This document shows, one piece after another, positions 10,611 through 19,272 of a stretch of 32,000 bases of DNA. The translations under genes were made by a program, and so were the position numbers. The stretch covers positions 2,670,001 through 2,702,000 of the forward strand of contig NC_010546.1 in the NCBI RefSeq assembly GCF_000017845.1, written 5' to 3'. The stretch comes from Crocosphaera subtropica ATCC 51142 (GTDB taxonomy: Bacteria; Cyanobacteriota; Cyanobacteriia; Cyanobacteriales; Microcystaceae). Position 1 is the first letter of the stretch. The number at the start of each line of letters is the position of its first letter. The notes beneath the pieces were generated by a model that was not told where the DNA came from, searched no databases, and was given only the letters and a program-made list of their open reading frames with translations.

Positions 10611-11753
10611 GTGTACTTGAAACATATTCATTTATATGGTTTTCGTAATTATCATGAACAGACTCTTGATTTACAATCACAAAAAACAATTTTATTAGGA
10701 AATAATGCTCAAGGAAAATCTAATTTACTCGAAGCCGTCGAATTATTAGCAACCCTAAAAAGTCATCGAACCAACCGCGATCGCGATTTGATTTTAGAAG
10801 GAAAAAAAACAGGACAAATTTTAGCAATGGTAGAACGAACCTATGGGGAGTCCGAATTAGGAATTACCTTTCGTTCTCCAGGAAGACGGAGTTTAATGCT
10901 AAATCATGAAAACCTACGCCGTCATTTAGACTTTTTAGGTCATATTAATGCAGTGGAATTCTCCTGTTTAGACTTAGATTTAGTGAGAGGATCACCAGAA
11001 ACCCGTCGTAGTTGGTTAGATACCCTCTTAATCCAATTAGAACCCGTTTATGCCAGTATTATTCATCAATATTATAAAATTCTACGGCAACGGAATGCCT
11101 TACTTAAAGTTATTCGGAAAACAGTAGAAGAACAAGAAAATTCTTCTAATTTATCAGCAGAACTATCACAACTCAAAGTGTGGGATCAACAGTTAGCCGA
11201 AGCAGGAACCAGAGTCACCCGACGGCGATACCGTGTCATAGAAAGAATTACCCCCCTAGCACAAAAGTGGCATCAAGAAATTAGTAGTGGAACAGAAATT
11301 TTAGCCATTAACTATCTACCGAATATTAAAATTGAAAACGAAGACCCCCAACAAGTACAGCAAGCCTTTTTAGATAAAATAGAACAGCGTCGCATGGCTG
11401 AGCAACAACTGGCTACCACCGTAGTCGGACCCCATCGAGATGATGTCGAATTCAACATTAATCATACTCCTGCCAAGTCCTATGGTTCTCAAGGACAACA
11501 ACGAACCCTGGTTTTAGCCATTAAATTAGCAGAATTACAATTGATCGAAGAAGTTATCGGAGAACCCCCCTTATTATTATTAGACGACGTTTTAGCCGAA
11601 CTTGATCCCAACCGACAAAATCAATTATTAGAAGTGATTCAAGGACGGTTTCAAACCTTAATTACCACAACCTATTTACATTCTTTTGATGCACAATGGC
11701 TAAACTCCTCTCAAATCATGAAAGTTGAAGGGGGCAAAATTGCTCAGTTGTGA
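10611..11753 (+). CDS. recF: DNA replication and repair protein RecF
   Basis: GTG start preceded by GGCAGGAGGCAG. Motifs: YLKHIHLYGFRNY, Walker A GNNAQGKSNLLEA, signature YGSQGQQRTLVLAIKLAE, Walker B LLLLDDVLAELD. Confidence 0.95.
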   Translation: MYLKHIHLYGFRNYHEQTLDLQSQKTILLGNNAQGKSNLLEAVELLATLKSHRTNRDRDLILEGKKTGQILAMVERTYGESELGITFRSPGRRSLMLNHENLRRHLDFLGHINAVEFSCLDLDLVRGSPETRRSWLDTLLIQLEPVYASIIHQYYKILRQRNALLKVIRKTVEEQENSSNLSAELSQLKVWDQQLAEAGTRVTRRRYRVIERITPLAQKWHQEISSGTEILAINYLPNIKIENEDPQQVQQAFLDKIEQRRMAEQQLATTVVGPHRDDVEFNINHTPAKSYGSQGQQRTLVLAIKLAELQLIEEVIGEPPLLLLDDVLAELDPNRQNQLLEVIQGRFQTLITTTYLHSFDAQWLNSSQIMKVEGGKIAQL

Positions 11754-12079
11754 GTGATAGAGATGTAGGAACGACAAACATATTGTTACTACCCTATTAA
11801 CCATAGAGAGATTTCTATCAAAAATAAGATGCTTCTTATGGGAACATCTAGCAAGGGAGTAACGACTAGATGAGAAAGCTGCAAAAACCCTGAAAGAGGA
11901 AAGGTTAACTTTTTCATAAAGTAACCATAACCCTATACTTTAAAGCAACCTGGGCAAAAGACAGCCAAATATGGGATGTATTTTTCCCACAATTCTATTA
12001 GAATAAGAAGCTAAAAAAAGCTATCTGGTCTCAAATCCCCTCTCCTTAAAAACGCTTTGTAAATCAGTGAGATGTCAAG

Positions 12080-12667
12080 ATGATTTTAGATAAACTAAAA
12101 CGCTGGGCCATTACCGAACCCATTGAAGACGATGTTGAATACGATGACCCCAACTATGTCGAAATTGATGGCAACTCAGACTTTGAGATGGAAGAACCAG
12201 AGACAACCTCTGTGCCTCAACCTGAACCCGAACCTCGTCCCTGGGCAAAACCTATGGGATCAAATATGAATGCAGAATTGAACATGAGAAACAATAAAGG
12301 TAATGTTGTCCCTATGCCTGGAATTAATAATATCGCTGAAGTGGTTGTGGTAGAACCCCATTCCTTTGATGAAATGCCCCAAGTCATTCAAACCCTGCGT
12401 GAACGTAAATCCGTGGTTCTTAACCTTAATGTCATGGAACCAGAAGAAGCACAACGGGCTGTGGATTTTGTAGCCGGCGGAACTTATGCCATCGATGGTC
12501 ATCAAGAACGTATCGGAGAAAGCATTTTCTTATTCACTCCCAACTGTGTCAAGGTAAGTAACCTCTCAGGTACGGTTCACGATGTCCCTGAAATTCCCGT
12601 TAACCCTTCTCGTAATCCTTCTCCTGTAGCGAACTGGGGTGCAGAGGTTAATCGTTTAGTTCAGTAG
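12080..12667 (+). CDS. sepF: Cell division protein SepF
   Basis: The C-terminal SepF core is [67 protein letters not shown]. An acidic, proline-rich linker precedes it. proC follows, as in the conserved ylm/sepF-proC neighbourhood. Confidence 0.9.
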   Translation: MILDKLKRWAITEPIEDDVEYDDPNYVEIDGNSDFEMEEPETTSVPQPEPEPRPWAKPMGSNMNAELNMRNNKGNVVPMPGINNIAEVVVVEPHSFDEMPQVIQTLRERKSVVLNLNVMEPEEAQRAVDFVAGGTYAIDGHQERIGESIFLFTPNCVKVSNLSGTVHDVPEIPVNPSRNPSPVANWGAEVNRLVQ

Positions 12668-12872
12668 TCCGTCAGCCAAGCTTCTCGTTAACAGTTATAG
12701 CCCTTGGTCTAAGGCAAGAGGCAATGGTAGAATAGAGAAAAGTTGAAAGTTTCAGCTTTATCTCCTGTTCTAATCTATGCTTCGACCCCTATACTAAGCA
12801 ATGAGCAAAGGATTATCGTTGCTGTCAGGGAAGCTTAGTCTTTTTCGTTGACAACTTTACCATTGAAAACTT

Positions 12873-13679
12873 GTGTCTATTAGACTAGGTATCATTGGAG
12901 GCGGAGTGATGGCAGAAGCAATACTCACCCGTCTTTTAGCATCGCAACTTTATCCGGCTAATAGCCTATTAGTGAGTGAACCCCAAAGCTCAAGAAGGGA
13001 CTTTTTGGCTGAAACCTATGGGATTAATGTAACAGACAACAATCAAACCACCTTACAAGCTACCGAAGCCCTCTTATTAGCCGTCAAGCCTCAAATTTTG
13101 GATAAGGTGACCTCTCAGTTAACCTTAGATGCAGTGGGCAATTATCCTTTAATTCTGTCCATTTTGGCTGGAACTCCTTTAAACCGATTGGAAACAGCAT
13201 TTCCCAATTTTCCTGTTATTCGGGTGATGCCCAATACCCCTGCTACGGTAGGGGAAGGCATGACAGCGATCGCACCAGGGACTCAGGTTAAACCATCTCA
13301 TTTAGCCCTAGCCACCTCGATTTTTGAGGCGGTGGGGGAAGTGGTAGAAGTCACTGAATCGTTGATGGATGGAGTAACCGGTTTATCGGGATCGGGGCCA
13401 GCGTTTGTGGCCTTGATGATTGAGGCGTTATCCGATGGGGGGGTAGCTTCGGGGTTGCCAAGAGCGATCGCTACTAAACTCGCCATACAGACCGTTCTAG
13501 GCACGGCTACGTTAATGAAAGAAACAGGGTTACACCCCGGTCAGTTAAAAGATAATGTCACCAGTCCCGGAGGAACCACCATTGCAGGGGTAGCCAAGTT
13601 AGAAGAAAAAGGCTTTCGTTCTGCAGTGATCGAAGCCGTTAAAACTGCTTATCGGCGATCGCAAGACTTAGGAAAATAG
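12873..13679 (+). CDS. proC: Pyrroline-5-carboxylate reductase
   Basis: GTG start. Motifs: GIIGGGVMAEAI Rossmann motif, VMPNTPATVGEGMT, and VTSPGGTTIAG near the C-terminus. Confidence 0.93.
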   Translation: MSIRLGIIGGGVMAEAILTRLLASQLYPANSLLVSEPQSSRRDFLAETYGINVTDNNQTTLQATEALLLAVKPQILDKVTSQLTLDAVGNYPLILSILAGTPLNRLETAFPNFPVIRVMPNTPATVGEGMTAIAPGTQVKPSHLALATSIFEAVGEVVEVTESLMDGVTGLSGSGPAFVALMIEALSDGGVASGLPRAIATKLAIQTVLGTATLMKETGLHPGQLKDNVTSPGGTTIAGVAKLEEKGFRSAVIEAVKTAYRRSQDLGK

Positions 13680-13685
13680 TTCATA

Positions 13686-14408
13686 ATGAATACAGATTTT
13701 GTGTACACTTTCCCTCCTTTAATTCCTGGTATTCTTAAACGACGGTATAAACGTTTTTTAGCAGATATTGAGTTAGAATCAGGGGAAATGATTACAGCAC
13801 ATTGTGCCAATACAGGGCCGATGATCGGGGTGTGCGATGCAGAGAGTCAAGTATACGTTTCTAAAAGTAATAATCCTAAGCGAAAGTTGGCTTATAGTTG
13901 GGAATTAATTGAAGTAGACAATACCTGGGTGGGGATTAATACTGCTTTACCCAATCGTGTCATTAAACAGATTTTAGAACAAGAAAAATTACCGCATTTA
14001 AAAGGAAAATATAATAAAGTTCGTTCAGAAGTTCCCTATGGAAAAGATAAAAAAAGTCGTATTGATTTTGTTTTAACCAACGAATCTCAGCAAAATCCGA
14101 TTTATTTAGAAGTTAAAAATACGACCTTAGCAAAAGATAAAATTGCCCTATTTCCTGATACCGTTACCACCCGTGGTCAAAAACATTTACAGGAATTAAT
14201 GGACTTATTGCCCGATGCTCAACCGATAATGTTGTACTTTATTAATCGGGGAGATTGTCAGCAATTTTCTCCAGGAGATGATTATGATCCAGGATATGGG
14301 AAATTGTTTAGAGAAGCTGTTAAAAAAGGGGTGGAAATTTTGCCTTGCCGTTTTGAAATTACCCCTCAAGGCATTCGTTATTTAGGATTAGCAGATTTGA
14401 AATTCTAA
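13686..14408 (+). CDS. sfsA: Sugar fermentation stimulation protein SfsA
   Basis: The N-terminal KRRYKRFLADIEL motif, CANTGPM, RIDFVL and TTRGQKHLQEL are characteristic of the SfsA family. 240 aa. Confidence 0.88.
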   Translation: MNTDFVYTFPPLIPGILKRRYKRFLADIELESGEMITAHCANTGPMIGVCDAESQVYVSKSNNPKRKLAYSWELIEVDNTWVGINTALPNRVIKQILEQEKLPHLKGKYNKVRSEVPYGKDKKSRIDFVLTNESQQNPIYLEVKNTTLAKDKIALFPDTVTTRGQKHLQELMDLLPDAQPIMLYFINRGDCQQFSPGDDYDPGYGKLFREAVKKGVEILPCRFEITPQGIRYLGLADLKF

Positions 14409-14413
14409 CTCCT

Positions 14414-14452
14414 TTTTATCTTACTTAGCTTAATGAGTAAAAGATAAAATTT
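14414..14452 (+). terminator. Possible AU-rich intrinsic terminator after sfsA
   Basis: TTTTATCTTACT (14414-14425) pairs with AGTAAAAGATAAAA (14436-14449) with a 2-nt bulge, followed by TTT. The stem is AT-rich and weak. Confidence 0.35.
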
Positions 14453-14516
14453 GTGTCTACATTGTTTTTCTTTGTCTAAATATTGGGACGATTCAAATAT
14501 AGCACTAGGCATTAAG

Positions 14517-14642
14517 GTTAGGACATTTTTATGTTTCCCGTTCCCGATTCCGGCGTTCCCTTGCGCCGTCAGCCTGCACTGAACCTCGTCGAAGTGACGG
14601 CACGGGGTCCCATCGCTTTGACAAAAATCTATGTGTCCTAAC
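14517..14642. mobile_element. MITE-like or structured GC-rich insert bounded by 9-bp perfect inverted repeats
   Basis: GTTAGGACA (14517-14525) and TGTCCTAAC (14634-14642) flank a core of about 100 nt. By eye the core is much more GC-rich than the AT-rich intergenic flanks. It contains GTTCCC-type repeats and an internal stem GCGCCGTCA / TGACGGCAC. There is no ORF. Confidence 0.45.
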
Positions 14643-14683
14643 TATTTTTTGTACTGCTATAATAACCTTGACAGGCAATTGTT

Positions 14684-15739
14684 ATGACTAAGATTTACTT
14701 TGGAACTAACCGAAATCTCATTGCCTCAGATCAGTTAGACGAAGGTTTTGACTTTGGCAGTAACTTTAGTGACGATGGATTAGCTAACTTACGCTTTGGA
14801 CAAGCTGAAGTCACAGGGGAGAATTTTTCTGAATATCAAATCCAACTCGCACCAGAAAATCTATTTAGCGATCCCCCAGTGTTAGGCAGTCAGACCATTT
14901 TGCGACAAGTTTCCCAAGACATGAGAGAAAAGGGAGAAGATACCCTGATTTTTATTCATGGGTTTAACGTCAGTTTTCGACAAGGGTTAACAGCAGCAGC
15001 GCAATTGCATCAGATATTGACCAGAAATGATTCAGGAAATTTCCAACCCCCTGTTAAATTGAATGTGTGTTTATTTTCTTGGCCTTCGGACGGTTCACTG
15101 TTATTAAGCGATCGCAACGCAGCCAATGCCATCGCCTACCGCAACGATCGCTTAGATGCTGCCGCCTCTGGAGCAGGGTTTGCTCGTTCCTTTTTGAAGG
15201 TTGCTGACTTTATCAAGGGATCTAACAGACGCTGTCAACAAAAACTCCATCTGATTGCTCATAGTATGGGTAATTATGTGTTACGTCATGCTTTACAAGA
15301 ATTAAAAAATCAAGTTGGTGAGCAATTACCAAGACTGTTTGATCAAATTTTGATGATGGCCGCCGATGAAGATGACGATGCTTTTGATCGTCAAGAAAAA
15401 TTGTTTGATTTGCCACGAATTACCCGTCGAACCAGCGTTTATTTCAACCGAGAAGATTTAGCTTTGTGGACTAGCGATCGCTTGAAAGGAAATCCTCCTC
15501 GTTTGGGTACCGATGGACCGATTCAACCTCGACAATTGCCTCGCAATGTCTATCCCATTGATTGTACTAGGGTTATTTCTCGGTTCACTGATCCTTCTGA
15601 ACATGGCTATTATCTTAACGTTCCCCGTGTTGTTGCAGATATGCGTCTCGTTTTACAAGATGAGATCCCTGATGAAATTCCTGGACGAAAATATATTCCT
15701 GAAACGAACCGTTATCGACTCCTTGAAGAGTTAACATAA
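14684..15739 (+). CDS. Alpha/beta hydrolase of the DUF900 family (esterase/lipase-like), no signal peptide
   Basis: N-terminal IYFGTNRN...LRFGQAEV, then LIFIHGFNVSF, nucleophile elbow LIAHSMGNYV and acidic MAADEDDD. The layout is typical of PF05990-type proteins. TATAAT at 14658-14663 lies upstream. Confidence 0.75.
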   Translation: MTKIYFGTNRNLIASDQLDEGFDFGSNFSDDGLANLRFGQAEVTGENFSEYQIQLAPENLFSDPPVLGSQTILRQVSQDMREKGEDTLIFIHGFNVSFRQGLTAAAQLHQILTRNDSGNFQPPVKLNVCLFSWPSDGSLLLSDRNAANAIAYRNDRLDAAASGAGFARSFLKVADFIKGSNRRCQQKLHLIAHSMGNYVLRHALQELKNQVGEQLPRLFDQILMMAADEDDDAFDRQEKLFDLPRITRRTSVYFNREDLALWTSDRLKGNPPRLGTDGPIQPRQLPRNVYPIDCTRVISRFTDPSEHGYYLNVPRVVADMRLVLQDEIPDEIPGRKYIPETNRYRLLEELT

Positions 15740-15766
15740 AGTTGATTTCTGAGGAGGGTTCCTACG

Positions 15767-16771
15767 GTGAAAGAAGCGGTTGATTGTTATTCACTCACTG
15801 ACGATTTACGACAAACCATATTACCTTTAACGAAGGTCAATCCTTGGCTTGGATTATTACGTTTTACCCTATTAGGAACCCTATTTTTTAGTTTAGTTAT
15901 CTTGGCTTGGATAACCAATAATCAAATCATTTTTGTGTTGACCAGTTTGTTAGCAGGATTTTTTTATGCACTGTGGTTAATCTGTACCCACGACACGACC
16001 CATTACACCTTAACCCAATGGACTTGGTTTGAAGAAATAGCTCCCCGTTTACAGTCCTATCCTCTATCATGGCCTTACGGAGTTTATCAAGAATTGCATC
16101 ACCTTCATCACGGTTGGAATGGTTTCGATTTTCGAGATCCCGAACGAACAGAATGGACAAAAGATGAATATGAAACCGCTTCTCCGTGGCAACAATGGTA
16201 TGTCAAGCATCAATGGCCAATTGATATTTTTGTTTTGGGGGGAATTGGCTTAATTACCAGAACTATCGCTCAGGGGGTTAAATTAAGGTCTATTAGACCT
16301 CGTTTGCAATGGAAATTGATGACGGATGTGGTGTTTATCGTGTTGATTCACAGTTGTTTTCTAGCCATCGCTCTATCCTATGGCGTAATTGCTCGTTATT
16401 TCTTATTCTGGTTTATTTTAGAACGAACGGTTGGGTTTTTTATGCAAACCAGAGAGCATCTAGAACATTATCAAATGTGGACTCAAAAAGATACCTATCA
16501 ATTAACCCAATTATATGCTGCTCGTAATATTTCAGTCCCCAATTGGATTCAATGGTTGATAGGAGGATTACCTTATCATAGTATTCATCATGCTTTTCCC
16601 AAGATTCCTTTTAACCATTTACCTGAAGCATTTGATAAGATTCAATCAGTTCTGAAAAAACATCATTACCCTCAGATGAATAAGGAGAATGGTTATGTTC
16701 GTACAGCTTGGCAATTAAGTCATCAACCTTCTATTATTTCAAGCATTAGAGGCAACCATACAATAGTTTAA
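15767..16771 (+). CDS. Membrane fatty-acid-desaturase-family di-iron enzyme (three histidine boxes)
   Basis: GTG start 6 nt after a strong GAGGAGG and 27 nt after the upstream stop. His boxes are HDTTH, HHLHH and HSIHH, with hydrophobic segments between them. Substrate cannot be inferred. Confidence 0.8.
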   Translation: MKEAVDCYSLTDDLRQTILPLTKVNPWLGLLRFTLLGTLFFSLVILAWITNNQIIFVLTSLLAGFFYALWLICTHDTTHYTLTQWTWFEEIAPRLQSYPLSWPYGVYQELHHLHHGWNGFDFRDPERTEWTKDEYETASPWQQWYVKHQWPIDIFVLGGIGLITRTIAQGVKLRSIRPRLQWKLMTDVVFIVLIHSCFLAIALSYGVIARYFLFWFILERTVGFFMQTREHLEHYQMWTQKDTYQLTQLYAARNISVPNWIQWLIGGLPYHSIHHAFPKIPFNHLPEAFDKIQSVLKKHHYPQMNKENGYVRTAWQLSHQPSIISSIRGNHTIV

Positions 16772-16792
16772 CCTCTATAAATTAGCCTGAAA

Positions 16793-18454
16793 TTAATTAG
16801 TAGACTGACGACTAATAGTCCAGAATGGAAACGTTTGACTCGGATTAATAGTTACCCCATTAATATTATTTTGAGCAAAAGCGTATTCTTTTGTTTGCCA
16901 AAGGGGAATATACGGCGCATCTTCAGCTAGAATCTCTTGAATTTGAGCAAAAATTTGTTGTCTTTGTTGGGGGTCTGATTCTTGTCTTTGTTGGGAAATT
17001 AATTCATTGACTTGTTCATTATAATAAAACGAGCCTTGACTTTGGGAACCTCCTTCAATACATCCTTCTTCGGCTGAACCTTTAGCGCAATAAAGAAAAG
17101 GATAAATATAATTATCAGCATCTAAAAAGTCAGGATACCAATTAGATAATATTGACTGATATAATCCCTGACTTAAATTTTTGAAAAAGGCAGCCGAAGC
17201 AATACTATTGGGAATAAATTGTAACATTCCATCTAAATCCCGTTCCGCTAAACTTTTGAGAATAGCAGCCACTTGACTAGAGTTAACCGAACCCGAAGAA
17301 TGCCAAATTTCTATAGTGGCAGGGTTCTCTGAGGAAAAACCTGCCTCTTGGAGCAATTTTTTGGCTGCTTCTTTATCATTGTCCCCATAACGTTCTTGAA
17401 AAACAGGTTGAGAAGCTTCAAAAGCCGTCGGAATCATACTGTAGAGGGGTTCCCCTTGGCCTTTGAGAATGCGATTATTCAGGAGTTGACGATCCATCAC
17501 AGAAGCGATCGCCTGTCTAACAGGTTTTTGCTGCACGAACTCTGTTTGCACATTTAACGCCATAAAAGCAATGGCGGTTCCTGGGTTAGCAATAACCTGG
17601 CCTTTCCCTGAGTCTGCGTCTTGTTGTAGTTGTTCGATTTGTTCAGCAGTTAAGGCTTGATAAGCAACATCCACTGCTTGAGTACGAAAGGCATTAAAGA
17701 GATTAGCCGGGTTTGTAGGATAAATTTGTAAATCAATGCCCTTGTTGTTCGGCTTTTGACCCCAGTAGTTCTCGAAAACGTCTAATTGTACCGAGTCGCT
17801 AGTAAAATTATTCAGTTTATAAGGGCCAGTTCCCACCAGGTTATCCGGAATAAACTTTCCTTCTCCTATTTGGTAGGCTTGGGGAGACACGGCACAAGCC
17901 CCAGGAAAAGCTAATAGGGCAGGAAAAGCAGAAAACGGTTGTTTGAGGGTAATGGTTAACTCGTACTCCCCTGTGGCTTCTACGCTGTCGATCGTATCAG
18001 CCAATAAGAAGGAGGGTTTACCTCCATTATTGATAAACCGTTCCAAAGAAAAGGCCATAGCCTCAGCATTAAAAGGGGTGTTGTCGTGAAAGGTGACCCC
18101 TTCTCGTAGGGGAATCGTATAAGTTAAGCCATCATCGCTGACAGTGGGCATTTCTGTGGCTAGTTGAGGTGTTAGGGTGGTACTGCCTAGTTCGTAGGTG
18201 TAAAGGGTATCACTCAGATTATAAATAACGGTTAGTCCCGACATTTCGTAACTATCTGCCGGATCGATGGTACGGGGTTGGGCTGTGGTTCCGATGGTAA
18301 TGCGATCGCCGGTTGTGGTAACGGTAGGGGAAGGGGTTGTGTTGGGTTGTTGGTTACAAGCCACTGTCAAGAGGAAACAGAGACTAAATAAGCTCATAAA
18401 CTTGATTATCTGGCGTAATCGCTTCCAAGGCCAAAACCCGTTAATCATTATCAT
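16793..18454 (-). CDS. ABC transporter substrate-binding protein, family 5 (oligopeptide/dipeptide/nickel type), probable lipoprotein
   Basis: Signal sequence MSLFSLCFLLTVAC followed by a Thr/Pro-rich linker. The body is a typical SBP_bac_5 fold (GTGPYKL, ENYWG). The true start may be the internal ATG at 18397. No permease or ATPase genes are adjacent. Confidence 0.85.
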   Translation of the reverse strand: MIMINGFWPWKRLRQIIKFMSLFSLCFLLTVACNQQPNTTPSPTVTTTGDRITIGTTAQPRTIDPADSYEMSGLTVIYNLSDTLYTYELGSTTLTPQLATEMPTVSDDGLTYTIPLREGVTFHDNTPFNAEAMAFSLERFINNGGKPSFLLADTIDSVEATGEYELTITLKQPFSAFPALLAFPGACAVSPQAYQIGEGKFIPDNLVGTGPYKLNNFTSDSVQLDVFENYWGQKPNNKGIDLQIYPTNPANLFNAFRTQAVDVAYQALTAEQIEQLQQDADSGKGQVIANPGTAIAFMALNVQTEFVQQKPVRQAIASVMDRQLLNNRILKGQGEPLYSMIPTAFEASQPVFQERYGDNDKEAAKKLLQEAGFSSENPATIEIWHSSGSVNSSQVAAILKSLAERDLDGMLQFIPNSIASAAFFKNLSQGLYQSILSNWYPDFLDADNYIYPFLYCAKGSAEEGCIEGGSQSQGSFYYNEQVNELISQQRQESDPQQRQQIFAQIQEILAEDAPYIPLWQTKEYAFAQNNINGVTINPSQTFPFWTISRQSTN

Positions 18455-18564
18455 CTAGTGTTTTTTAGTGAACGCTCCTTTTTGGTGACTGATAATTAGG
18501 TAATAAGGTTTCTAGAGAGTCTAATTGTATAGGGTGTAGGGGGGCAGTTGAATGGGGATTCAAA

Positions 18565-18598
18565 CCCAAACCCACACCCAAACCCACACCCCACACCC
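18565..18598. repeat. Phased C-tract repeat (CCCAAACCCACA-type); the G-rich strand is the minus strand
   Basis: Six C3-4 tracts, each separated by exactly 3 nt (AAA or ACA), at 18565, 18571, 18577, 18583, 18589 and 18596. A G-rich run (GGGTGTAGGGGGG, 18532-18544) lies just upstream on the plus strand. Confidence 0.8.
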
Positions 18599-18883
18599 AG
18601 GAGCAAAGGGACGATTAAACTCTGATACTATATTAATTACTCTAATTCCTTGTTAAATAAAAACTGTGAATTAAGTTATATTTTGTGACTTCTGAGAACG
18701 ATTGACCCATTGATTGGCTAGTTTAGAAGCAGTGACTTTAGAGAGAGAAAATGGAAACAAGAGTGATTTTTCAAAAATATTTATTAACGATAAGTCAATA
18801 GAGTATAAAATACTTAAAATGTTTTGATTTCAGCTTATCTTAGTTAGAGTATAATGAAAAGCAGGTAACGTTGCTAAACTTAC

Positions 18884-18904
18884 TATTATTATTATTATTA
18901 TTAT
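18884..18904. repeat. (TAT)7 trinucleotide microsatellite
   Basis: Seven perfect TAT units preceded by a TAC unit. They lie between a TATAAT box (18850-18855) and the ATG at 18923. Confidence 0.9.
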
Positions 18905-18922
18905 TTCAACTCTTTAAAAACT

Positions 18923-19270
18923 ATGACTGAACGAGAATTTGAAACCATTATTAATAAACTAGACAACTTAGACGTACGACTGAATACTTTAGAAAGGAAA
19001 GTCGATGAAGATAATAGACGCTTAGTCCAAGATAATCAGCTATTAGCCGAAAAAATTGATTTATATCGTCAAACCTCTGAAAGCCAAATTAATTCTATTC
19101 GTGCAGAAATAGAAGCCTTCCAAGCAGCTAATCAACAACAAATAGAAGGAAATAGACAGCAAATAGAAGCGTTTCAAGAAGCCAATAAGCAACAGTTAAA
19201 TGTATCTTTAGGGGTATTAGTCACTGCTGCTGCTGCTATTTTAGCTAGTGTTGTGTTAGGAATGCAATAA
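18923..19270 (+). CDS. Small tail-anchored coiled-coil protein of unknown function
   Basis: 115 aa. Heptad-rich N-terminus, internal repeat EIEAFQAANQQQ / QIEAFQEANKQQ, single C-terminal TM helix LGVLVTAAAAILASVVLG. The architecture resembles XhlA-type proteins, but homology is unverified. Confidence 0.6.
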   Translation: MTEREFETIINKLDNLDVRLNTLERKVDEDNRRLVQDNQLLAEKIDLYRQTSESQINSIRAEIEAFQAANQQQIEGNRQQIEAFQEANKQQLNVSLGVLVTAAAAILASVVLGMQ

Positions 19271-19272
19271 TT

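Noticed and set aside
15513-15734. Very hydrophobic 73-aa alternative-frame ORF nested in the 3' end of the DUF900 gene. Similar nested plus-strand ORFs occur at 16309-16527, 7179-7406 and 1150-1386.
   Set aside because: Each lies entirely within a well-supported longer CDS in another frame. The hydrophobicity comes from T-rich second codon positions in the shifted frame. None has an independent RBS.
18545-18575. tRNA-like T-arm string GGGGATTCAAACCC.
   Set aside because: No acceptor stem, D-arm or anticodon arm can be built around it. It is the junction of the G-run and the C-tract repeat.
18552-18656. 34-codon ORF MGIQTQTHTQTHTPHPGAKGRLNSDTILITLIPC that reads through the C-tract repeat. 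It superficially resembles a Thr/His-rich attenuation leader peptide.
   Set aside because: The Thr/His/Gln composition is a direct consequence of translating the ACC/CAC/CAA repeat. There is no RBS, no downstream biosynthetic operon and no alternative terminator/antiterminator structure.
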